From positions 458,888-522,887 of the forward strand of contig NMRA01000031.1 in NCBI GenBank assembly GCA_002633005.1: a DNA stretch of 64,000 bases. The letters run 5' to 3'. Positions 12,401 to 22,642 of this stretch are shown here, in pieces (position 1 is the first letter of the stretch; each line of letters starts with the position of its first letter). The DNA comes from Phoronis australis. Lineage: Eukaryota; Animalia; Phoronida. A program made the translations under genes and the position numbers. The notes under the pieces were generated by a model that saw nothing but the letters and a program-made list of their open reading frames with translations, had not been told where the DNA came from and made no database searches.

Positions 12401-15400
12401 CACACAACATCTGACACAAGACGACCTTGCTGTAGTTAGACACGCCCCGTGCTGACTTTGGCCTACGCCTCACGCCAGAATCCTCGCCCAGCGTTCCGCA
12501 ATCTTTTCCCCTTACCCCCGAGTCCTCTACTGGCACCTCTGCGCGAGGACGTCTCTTCAACAAACGAGGACTGCATGTGTTGGCTATAAACTTCAACATG
12601 TTCCGTCCAGCTGGCTACAAGGTGCTAAATGTTTAACAAGTTCCACAAATTCCAGTCAACGTTTTTCATTCTCTTGACATAAAGAATGCATCAGATGCAT
12701 CAACGTATTTCCAACTACTTGATTGATAACAAGAACAAGGTTTTCCGCCCTAACTATTGTGTCCAGCACTTAGTATCTGTATTCCTTGGCTCAGACCAGT
12801 AGTCAGTGACATCAGTTGTGTTCCAGTTCAAAAGCACACTCCATCAAGCTCTAATTAATGTATTAGATTACACCACTGCAGTATTCCTAGAAACCCTTAA
12901 GTGCCTGCTAGACATGGTCACTGTTAGTTCAACACCCATCAACAGCAGCTGTGGTTGACTACCAACACCAAAGACTGTCTTGTAGTAACACAGGTCCACA
13001 CCTCACTTCTGTCACAGTTCTCACTACACAGGTCGATCTATATGAACTGAAGGCAAGCTACAGTACTGTTTCAGGTAAACAACTTATGGCAGCGATGGTG
13101 ATATGAAAACATGCTTTACCAGCTAGTTCAGCGATGACTCCCTTACCACATAAAGCACCGTGAATCAGCGAGTGTTCTGATACAGTTACCAGTTAATGAC
13201 CGAGTGATACATCACCACATCAACAGTTCATCAATTAGCTTTGTTAATGAGATTACGCCATTTGGTGATCCCTGATATTAATACTCTCATATACATCGCA
13301 ACCTCTCACACAGTTTAACTGCAATAATCCTCCATGCGCAGACTATTGAGTGCGAGATGTATTTCCATTAACCAAAAGCGACTAAGTATTTCCAACTCCT
13401 ATTCCACCCTCATCGACCACCAGTCACAGATAACAGTGTTCATTCCAATTCACACAACTGACACCACCTTTTTTATCACACAACACAATGCTGTACATCC
13501 CACAGATAGCCACTGATAACACTACATCCCTGGCCAACATTTCCATCCTCTTCATAAACCACAGCTCCATTCATCAATACATCTAACTCGATTAGCTGGC
13601 ACTTTCATGAGCTCTAGCCAGAGAGTTGACCAAGGGCACATTGTTGCCATACAACCACAGTATGCTACTGGTAATGCAGTTGAATAGACCATTTCATTGA
13701 TTAATTGAATCACAGGAGAAATAATGAGTGAGAATCGTCTATAAATGGTTTAATCCATCTGGCACAGAAGTCTTCAGTGTTGTTGGAGCATAAAAGAGAC
13801 ATCCTAGTCACTGACACACAGACTAAGACACTTGGACACACACAGGTAACAGCAATAAGCACACATGTATAATGCGTACATAACAACATGTATGTTACGT
13901 GTATTTGACTGGAATAAAATCTAAGTTGCACAAGTCTCCATCGACATCACGTGGACTGTATGTGGCACTGACTATGTGTCTAGTATCTATCTAGTGACAA
14001 AGCTTATTTCAACTGTCCGTCCTAGTGAAACGATTTGGAAATCAAAATCCACAACTACCCAACCTAGTGGAGGGCACTTCTTTCTATAACAAGGCAAAGT
14101 TTAACACTCTTCCAAAAATTATTCTGTTGCAAATTTGTTAGTGTTTCATAGTAAATTACACCTGGTAGCCATTACCAGACATTCATGATTAATCGTAATC
14201 ATAAATTATAGCCATCAGTTAAATTAATTAATTAGAAGTTTCTAAAGTAAGCAGGAACAAAAAATAAAGCAATGTGCCATGGAACTATGGTAAGCTGTGG
14301 CTCTGAAAACCAAACACATAAAAACAAAGCCAAGAGTGTGACAAGCAACTAAACACAAGACAGTGAGCGAAAACTATACCAACAGTGCAAAGCGCAAGCA
14401 GGACATCACGCGGCATGCTGAGATAGGTGCAACACGGAAGGTGGGAAGAACACAGCCTACCCTTTGGACGGTACGCTGGTGGAATACTCCTGCATAGGTG
14501 CATCATCCGAGGACTCGTCATTACTTTCTAGCTGTATGACCGAGGGTGTTACTGCGTCCCTGCCAGCCCAAACAAGGTTATGAGTGTTAGTGGCGATTGG
14601 GGGGTCAACATCACCTTAGTGCAGGACAGGTACTTGTTATGACCAGCTGATGTGAGTGACGTCTATTGACAACTATGTTTATACAGAGGACTGTGTGTAT
14701 AACAGGCATTGGTGGAATGCAAATACACAACAATAAATTCTTACCATAAATTCTTACATGACTAAAGCTGATAAGATTAAAAGGTTAATTGGAGAAATTA
14801 CCACAGACACCAAGTTGTAAAATACTGTAAATGGTCACCATAAACAAATGAAATTACCACACCATTCAACAGACAGACATGTAATTTTTAAAAGGGGCCT
14901 TGGTATTACAAGGCAAACCAAGTTTACAAATCAAAAGAAAACTAATACAAATCTTGTCCACCATTTGTTGAAATCTTTACAAAATTTAGATCATTCAAAG
15001 AGCATTGTTGTAAGTTATACTACGAAGTATAAACTATTGGGGTAAAACATGCAACTGTTTTCTTAACCAAATTTAAAATTGCAAGGAAAGCGTTGTTAAC
15101 AGGACAAGGTAAATATTCCATCGCCATGAAAAAACTTATCAGTGAACATAAGCACCCAATTAATAACTCTCATTTCAATAATCCATTAAGGTGTTAATAA
15201 AATAACCGCAGCCCAAAAGATAAGATTGTTTATCACCTTTTCAAGAGACCTTTGAATCGAAAGGCCAACGACAACTCTAGGAGTTTTTAGTAGTACTCCA
15301 TACATGGAAAACGGCACAACAGACGTACGATGCTACCAATCAAGACTAATGCCACAATGAAATTGTACCGCAGCAATTAAAATATGGCCTTCAATTTTAT

Positions 15401-18400
15401 TTGAAGCCAGGGTACAATTACACCATAACTTGTACCGCACATGCCAAGAACAAAATACTTCAAATATGTAAGTTCCTGAAAAGCTGACCCTAGCACGCTA
15501 CTTCAGAAAATTACGGTGTGTTAATCCTGTTTAATTTATGAACACAAAGAACAGCTGGTCTCTACCCTACCTTATGCCTAAAATAGAAAGATGGATGCGC
15601 CGAGTAAGCACACTTAACGATGACATAGTTTGAGGTTCATTTTCTTTATTGATAACAACACCGTTAAACGTCACTGTTCCCCGAAGTCGGCCGGTTGCCG
15701 TGTTCATGGTGTGGAGTGCACTCAGTATGTCGTCTGACCTCTATGTGACACTTGGCTGCAGCGCTGATGACCTAGGTACACCACTATACACCCTGCCAGC
15801 TGACATTACACCCTGCCTCCACACTCAAGCAGACAAGCAGCCCACACCAGCAGCCCGGCACAGTCCAAGGCTCATATCGGGAAGTGTACCCAAGACAAAC
15901 TTCAAAGATTACATACTGGGCAGATACCTTATCTTCAGTTGTAACTGTCCAACAATAGTGAAAATAGGGCAAAGGAAGTTGAGGTGAGATGCTTCATTCT
16001 CCAAACAGCAAACGCAACAAAATGAGGAGTTCAGTGGTGAGCTAATGAGACACTTGTGGTAAGCATGCTTCATTTCAGGACACAGTATGCTAGACAAGAT
16101 GGATTCTATTTTGTCACACGTGTCCACAAAAATAAATAACAAAAATATTTGTCTTATAGACAGCATGGTTCATCAAACAACATTTGGGAAAATTAAAGCC
16201 CTTGTCAGGGTGTGCATAGTAAACCATAAAAACGGAAAAACGGAATTATTTTTGTCCTAAATTAAAGAGTTTTTATACCAATTACACGTAACTCATTGCT
16301 GCTATAGCCAAGCCTACACCTATACACACATAGACATGAGCAAGGATCAGCTCATCACTAAAGTTACCACCAAACAAATATTTAATGGAAGTACATGTCT
16401 GCTAAGATTGAAGCATCACTATTGGATAACACAAATAATTTTTGTTCAGCTCGACACGTTTCTATGCCTCTAATTGAATCTATAAAAAACAAAGGTAGCA
16501 AGCATGTTGACACAACATCTTGAAAAATCCGACGAGTTCTTAAAACTTAAGTGAGACAACTCGGAAGGAACATAGTTACTAGCATAGGCCAAACAAGACA
16601 CATGATGATAATGCTTCCTGGGTATACATGCACTGCCACCTTTTGGCGACTTACACAACTATAATTTTCTAATGTTGACAAGTGCTATTATCACTGAAGT
16701 CCTAACTACAATTGTAACACAAAACTGGAAAGCAGTTCTACAGATAAAACAAAAAATTATTGGAGGAATGGTTCAGACCCCACTCCACCAGGACCAGTCA
16801 AGTCTAATAGAAATTAATTATCCTGACATTTTTGCTACACCACTATTAACCAAAACACATGGTGGGTAAGTAGAATAGAGAATTTACTACTCCTAATAGC
16901 CTTACCTAGTTGTACTGACAACACTTTTTCAATACTAAAACAGATTTTGTCCTAGATCATAACCTCAGTTTATCATGTCAGTATGGGTCTACTCTGAGTG
17001 TACGAAGGAAAGACCAAGGATCGGTTCAATGAAACACAACTTATGAAATAAATGAAGTCAAAAATTTTGTGGAATGGTCCAACTCCCAATTATTGAATGA
17101 GTTCGTTTTTGCTACAGAACAGTTAGCACATAGTTTTCAATAATTCCCAAAGTATCTGACTGACCAGCAGTTATAAATATACCTAAGGATATTTTCAAAT
17201 ATTGAAGCAAAATTCGATAATATTTTACCTAGTTGCGCAAAACGAAAGTCAAAATTTCCGACTTCAAAGTCTCGAATAAGATTACCCAAGACAGTGCTCA
17301 AGGCTGCTGTCCACTCCAGTGTCGCCACCTGGTGAATGATGAATAGACAAAAAGAAACCAATAGTAGAATGCGGACTATACAAATCACTTACTTGATACT
17401 TAGCAGTCGTTGTTGGTCCTCCTCTGACATGTGCTCCACAGAGGTGAGGTCATCCGCTGGAGGTGGCGGAGGAATCACCATAATCTTGTCCCCACCATAG
17501 TCATCAACCACATCTAGGTCGTCAATATTGGTCTGAGGAACCGCATCCCTCTCACACTGCGGTGATACCGGCGCTGCTTGCAGACACCCTTGATCCACTA
17601 CCATTACTGTCTCTGCTTCGGGTAATGCCGGCACCGACTCACGATTGTCACCAGTATCCAGCGAGTCTGGGGACAAAGCCTCCGTCATCTGTTCATCCTG
17701 GTTAACCAGACCATCCACAGGAGGCGCTGCCACGTCCCCACCTTCAGCGTCGCTCCGTCTGCGCTTTACATAGTCAAAACTTGAGGTCTGGTAGTTGTCC
17801 AAGTCCTTCACTCTATCCGAGGTGCTGCTCGACTCCCCAGCCCATGAGGCCCGATCAGCTTTATACTTGGCCCATGGCTTTACTCTCCTCTGTGGTACCT
17901 CTACGTCACCCTCCTGCTTTGATGGCTGTTTCTGTTCAGCCGACTGCTGAGCTCTCTCCCGCCTCTCAGCGTCCAGCCTTTTCGCTTCGTTTATTTGACT
18001 GGAGTGGTTGAAGGCGTCACTCAGGTTACGCCCCTGCCAATACTCGTCAGCCAACATCAGCGAGGCATTGATGTCATCCATACTTAAACGTTTCTCCTTA
18101 TTGTCTGGCGCGCTCTGGGTACGCGACCGCCGCTGGACCGGGGGCGCGTCGTCTTCCACGCGATTCTGTCTCGAGATAGGCACGGCTGCAGCACTGTGGG
18201 AAGTCTCATCTCCAAGCGGTGGATATTTGGTGATGGTGGCGGTGACATCAGCTAGAAATGGGAGTTAACTGTTTAGTAATGAAAGTAGTGATGTCTTGCA
18301 GAAATGAAAAGTGACTGGCAACTGAGTAGTAAGAATCACATGCACCATGTCAGTGAATTAATCCACGCATCTCATAGGTTTGGTAAGCAATGCAGTCAAG

Positions 18401-21400
18401 CGCAGTCAACAACAACAACAACAACAGCAACAACAATAACATGACCTTATATTACAACAGTAAACAGGCACAGTAAGTCAGCAAACAAAGGTAAAATGCA
18501 CATGAGATATGGATAGGATAGCAGCATGATTACCTGACAGAGGTCGCCGGGTACGCGGCACATGAGGCGGAGAAGCTGACAAGCTGTCGAAACTACTGCT
18601 GTGCACGGGCTTACGCGGGGAGACGGGTGGAGGTGCGCCACGGTTGCTTGGCCGAGGGGGCAAGGGAGGGGGCTGATCAAGGTTCCGTGACTGCTGGTTG
18701 GGTCTGGCCTGGGGTGTAGCGTGGTGGTGATGATGGTGACGTCGACCGTCAGAGTGGTGCTGATGACGCAGGCTGGGTGTACCTGGTAGAAGGGGTGCAA
18801 TGGTGAGGAGCAGCAGACAGGGAGACAGACAGACAGACTGACAGGCAGACAACCAATAACCAAGGATACCAAGGTCAAGCTAGTCAATACATCAACTACT
18901 GGACAGGAGTGAGTCAAAAACAGAGAGTTCAATACTTTCAACTGGTGTGATAATTGGGATGAAAGTAAACCTTGCATTATTTCAAGTTTTCTTTTCACTA
19001 AGTGCAGCTTTAAACTGTGAAACCAAGTAGTTGGCTAATTTTGCCCATCAAATTCCCTTGCCAGATTACTATCGGTTTCAACAATCAGTTGGAATTGAGA
19101 TCCGCCAAGTGACTCAATTGAGGCAATCAACCTTTACAAGGTCAGAAGCATTGTTTTGCGTTAATGCGCAATAGAGTGACCTCTTGTGAGTTGACGTATT
19201 GAATAAAAACGAGCAAGACAATAGAAGCATGCTATGGGAAGGTGTCCACTATTTCTCCGATATTTCAGGCACCTAACATTGATCAATAATGGCGTCTTGA
19301 AGTAGCCTCCACTATAAGGCAAATACATCGCTGACCGCTGTACCATTGACCTTTAAGTCCCAAATAACACTGGGATTTTTTTCTGAATGTAGTCAAACAT
19401 GCCTGTGGCCAGGATTAAAAGGCTGAAGACACAGCTGAAAACCACAAGTGGTGTTTAACATCTCAGCCATGCTTTACATTGTGAAAGGTTTTGAAAGCTG
19501 AAATAGTTCTCTTTTTGCGAAGACTGGTGTCAACTGAGATCAATAGTATTGCGTAATAAAATCTTTATACATCATAGATTAGGTACACATAACAGTGTTA
19601 GAGAAATAAATTAGGTACTGTGTGCTTTGTCAACAAATTATCTTAAATACATGTTTCATTAAATACAACACATATCCATATTTAAAGAACTTTGAATGCA
19701 AGACTTGCTGGAAACCGGGATATTACTATAACAAATATTTAAGATTACGTAGGACCCTAGAAAAATGTCCAAATTTGGCTAGCTTCAGGACATCGTACCT
19801 CAGAAATGGCCGATTGGATTTATACGAAACTTTCAGATATTATAATGATGTATGCAGTGTTCTCTAAAACGAAGTTAAGATTTTTTAGAATGTTCCATCT
19901 TCGCATGAGGGCTATCAAAAAATAGGACTTATACAGTTTTTATGAAATCTCTGAAGTTGCATAAAATCAAAACGACATAAAATTTTAGAGAACTGTAACA
20001 GCATTTTCGAGATGATATATTGAGCATTAATATTGAATAAAATTTATAATTATGTTATTGATACCACTATTTTGATATACCTTTCTTTCTAAGTTTTACT
20101 AAAAATACATGGTGTAATGACCCACTTAATAGAGAATAAACAGTAAATCCAGGCTACAGGCTTTCCACTTTCAGAAAATGCATACTTTAACTGAGTAAAA
20201 AAATTTTGTTCTGTAGATATTTGGCCGAATAACGTAGAGTCAACGCAATGAGCATTTAAATGCAGAAAGCAATGAATCAAGAGATGGGCAATTAAGCAAT
20301 AAAACAAGGTTGTTTTAAGGTTAAACTTTTCGAGATCCAGCTGAAGAACTTAAAAACTTGAATGGCTATGATAGTACTGACACTGATACGTCTACGGGAA
20401 TCTCCTTCAGCAAAAATCAAAATGCGCAAATCGTGTCCAAATTTTCTTTCCTGCTAATTCACGGAAACAATTGTAGCAACACAATGCCCTTATTTTCACT
20501 TGCTGACCCCATTTCTATCATTCTTACAGGGGCATTAACACTACATGTAATGAATCTAAAACAAAGTTTTTGGTGCAATTTAGAGCACTTGAACAATGGA
20601 CTCACAACATGAAAAACATTTATTTTGGCATTTTTTGTGCAAAATTAAAGAAACATCACTGTAAGTAACTAAGCACCACCATTTCAATCATTTCAATGGA
20701 AAAGCAGACAAAACTCGTGATTTTCAAATATGACTCGAAATTTTAATCATGGCTCAGAGCTTTTCAGGCAGGGCTCAAGATTTTCAAACATGGCTCATAA
20801 CCTTTCAAACACTGTGCAACAACCTGTGGACATAAATAAAAGCCAAAACACCATGTATAACTATGAAATTAAAAACACAGATAAACCAACTGGGTAATGG
20901 ACTGGAAAGGCAGGCCTTTTGTAAAGTAAATAATGCGCTGGATTTGGATAAATCATGCGGAACTATACAAATACTGCACAATGAGTCATGCATGATGCAA
21001 GACAATAGGTGTCAGGATGGTAGTCAACATGCCTGTATATGTAGTAGTGTTCAAAAAAGTGGACAATGATTGTCAAAATTCATCTGGCTTCAACGAAGCA
21101 AAAACCTAGAAGACAAAGACTAAATCGTTAGAAAATTAGCCTGGAATTTTTCTTCTGAAATTTCGGCGACTTCTATTAGGAAGAAATATCGTCCAATTCT
21201 TTGAAAACTACAAACGTTAAGTGACAATTAAGCACAACATTTCTATAAGTTCATCTACATAGGAACAAAGAAAACACAAGAATCTAATAAATCTATGAGA
21301 GAAATCTAGTTCTACGCCCTGGAACAAACTAAGGTGGGGGCATAGAGACTATCTAAATGCGGCTACAAAAATATCATTCTCCTTCCATGTTAGGGAAACC

Positions 21401-22501
21401 CCAGTATTTTGAAAACTTCCCATCGCATCTCCTCTGAGTTAATGCCCAATGGCTTGTAAGTCACTGGAGTAAACAATAGATGGCGAAGTTAAAAGGATTG
21501 CATCACGTGCATGGATTTTTAATTAACTTTTCCTGATGTTCCTATTTTGAGGAGCTGCGATGGCACTTTAGGTACACAACTAAAGCTTTCCTACTAACTA
21601 CAACTGCCCAAAACAGGGGAGGTGCGACCTGACACCTGTAATGCTATAACAAACATAAACATAACTCACTTGTGTAATCCTGTACCAGGTCACTCTCAGA
21701 CTTGCTGTGGTCTTTACTGCCATTTTTCCTACCCAAAGACGAGTCGTACGTGCCGTTAACATGGACCTCATCGCCACGTTGATCGTCCAGCATGTCCAGC
21801 GAGGCATGTCGCCTAGCCGGACCGCGCTGCATCCTGGTTGAGTGCATATCTGCCAGTTTCTCCACCTCGGCAGGATCCGAGGAGGAGCGAAGTTTCTTGC
21901 CGCTGTCATCGTGAGGGGGAGACACGTGAACTGGTCTCTGCGCCCGCACAGGCGAGATACGACGCGCTTCCCAAGGCTTTGCCGAGCTTATGGTCTCTTT
22001 CTCCAGCTGTTGAAACATGGCGCGGGTATTCTTGAATCGCTCGACGTGACTCATTCTGTTCTGAGGTTTGTTGCGACTCTCGTGTTCACTTGTTGGGGCA
22101 GGCTCCACGTGCTCGGGTGATGGATCGTGTGTGTTCAGTAGACGGGCGTGCACCACGTTCTTCATTTCCTGCTCTGGTGGTGACACCTGCTGGACGCCCA
22201 GAGGTTCCTTGCGTTTGGGTAATGGGTGGTGACGAGTTGGGCTAGTTTTCCTCACCATCTGAGGTGGTGGACGCGAAGGTGATACCTTCCTCGGTGCTGT
22301 GTTGTGCGTGACGTCGCGCGAGTGCTCCCACATGTTCTTCATACGGCTCACGTTACCGAAGAACCGCGTACCTGCCTTTTTCTCCGGCTCATCCATGACG
22401 GCGTCATCGTCGTCATCACCAATGATCTTGCTCCCACTGCGAGTACGACTCAGCGCTAGGATTTCATGGCGGATGTCACCTTCAGTTGTGACAGCATCCA
22501 T
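379..22501 (-). CDS. PPP1R9A: Neurabin/spinophilin-family protein phosphatase 1 regulatory subunit (co-ortholog of PPP1R9A/PPP1R9B); 3'-partial, continues beyond left edge
   Basis: Manually spliced GT-AG exons in transcript order: 22501-21670, 18782-18534, 18251-17393, 8350-8056, 7048-6916, 6387-6267, 5109-5005, 4483-4328, 3847-3673, 3225-3031, 432-379. Total 3174 nt, all phases compatible. The translation contains [43 protein letters not shown] (PP1-binding region), the [52 protein letters not shown] and coiled coil [18 protein letters not shown], all recognisable neurabin segments. Confidence 0.95.
1472..1659 (-). repeat. Fragment of the same family as 53200-53360, running into the gap
   Basis: Translations [24 protein letters not shown] (here) and [24 protein letters not shown] (53190) reflect nucleotide similarity. 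Confidence 0.75.
1660..2495. other. Assembly gap (836 N)
   Basis: Run of N between an interspersed repeat and a minisatellite. Confidence 1.
2496..3057. repeat. 81-bp minisatellite (6 full copies visible, continuing into the gap) grading into the neurabin exon/donor at 3031
   Basis: Unit ACACAGTATGCACACACTACCCTACGAAGCCCCTGTACAACATTACCCTTAGAACCCCCAGTCAATACCTTCTCCCCTTCT at 2496, 2577, 2658, 2739, 2820 and 2901. Confidence 0.95.
3031..3225 (-). CDS. PPP1R9A: Neurabin exon preceding the conserved coiled coil
   Basis: ...[17 protein letters not shown] followed by a GTAAGC donor; the exon begins at 3225 or, in frame, at 3213. Confidence 0.8.
3673..3847 (-). CDS. PPP1R9A: Neurabin E/R/Q-rich coiled-coil exon
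   Basis: [32 protein letters not shown]...; CTCTGTAG acceptor and GTAAC donor; phase 2-0. Confidence 0.85.
4328..4483 (-). CDS. PPP1R9A: Neurabin exon (PDZ end, helical linker)
   Basis: [30 protein letters not shown]...; TTGCAG acceptor and GTAGT donor. Confidence 0.92.
5005..5109 (-). CDS. PPP1R9A: Neurabin PDZ exon 2
   Basis: [34 protein letters not shown]; TTTTGTAG acceptor and GTGAGT donor. Confidence 0.95.
6267..6387 (-). CDS. PPP1R9A: Neurabin PDZ exon 1
   Basis: [41 protein letters not shown]; TTTCAG acceptor and GTGAG donor. Confidence 0.95.
6916..7048 (-). CDS. PPP1R9A: Neurabin exon (PP1-binding region to PDZ start)
   Basis: [44 protein letters not shown]; CTACAG acceptor and GTCAGT donor. 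Confidence 0.95.
8056..8350 (-). CDS. PPP1R9A: Neurabin exon with PP1-docking RVxF-type motif (KIRF)
   Basis: TCTTTTAAAG acceptor and GTAAAT donor; [12 protein letters not shown]...[14 protein letters not shown]. Confidence 0.9.
9425..9925. repeat. Compound (CA)n-derived microsatellite (ACACAT / ACACATGCAAAC / ACACGT units)
   Basis: About 500 nt of alternating purine-pyrimidine sequence; source of the spurious CV/HT ORFs. Confidence 0.95.
12355..12599 (-). CDS. Putative alternative first coding exon of neurabin
   Basis: AACATG start, 81 codons + 2 nt, then a GTTAGT donor whose phase 2 matches the acceptor at 8350; GC-richer than the flanking intron. Confidence 0.45.
14461..14559 (-). CDS. 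Putative neurabin cassette exon, 99 nt, phase 2-2
   Basis: GGCAG acceptor and GTAGG donor; open in the required phase ([34 protein letters not shown]); no transcript evidence. Confidence 0.55.
17393..18251 (-). CDS. PPP1R9A: Neurabin large low-complexity exon (859 nt)
   Basis: CCCATTTCTAG acceptor and GTAAGT donor; contains the 264-aa ORF 17389-18183; phase 1 in, phase 2 out. Confidence 0.85.
18408..18440. repeat. (CAA)n microsatellite, intronic
   Basis: Imperfect CAA run. Confidence 0.85.
18534..18782 (-). CDS. PPP1R9A: Neurabin exon, His/Pro-rich, 249 nt, phase 1-1
   Basis: CCCCTTCTACCAG acceptor and GTAAT donor; open frame [25 protein letters not shown]...PPPLPPRP joins both neighbours in phase. 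Confidence 0.75.
19745..19935 (+). repeat. Interspersed repeat fragment shared with 31433-31625
   Basis: Both loci share TACGTAGGACC...AAATTTGGC...CATC.TACCTCAGAAATGGC...GAAACTTTCAGA...GCATGAGGG...TAGGACTT. Confidence 0.65.
21670..22501 (-). CDS. PPP1R9A: Neurabin first coding exon (actin-binding-like N-terminus)
   Basis: Acceptor TCTGTTCTAG ends at 22613; an in-frame TAA lies upstream of ATG 22501; GTGAG donor at 21669. [13 protein letters not shown] and [17 protein letters not shown] resemble neurabin/Spn N-terminal actin-binding motifs. Confidence 0.85.
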
Positions 22502-22642
22502 AATGATAGTTCACGATCTGTTTAGGCAGCTACTAAACGATGTCCACCATCAGGAGTGTGACTGTTTGTTTATGGCCCGGGAAATGTGGTAGAAAAGTTA
22601 GGAACTGATGACCTAGAACAGAGATAAAAAATCGTCATATGA

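Noticed and set aside
17781-22592. Plus-strand ORFs antisense to neurabin exons (e.g. 18008-18268, 21842-22120, 22299-22592)
   Set aside because: Shadow ORFs of GC-rich coding exons with no independent gene features.
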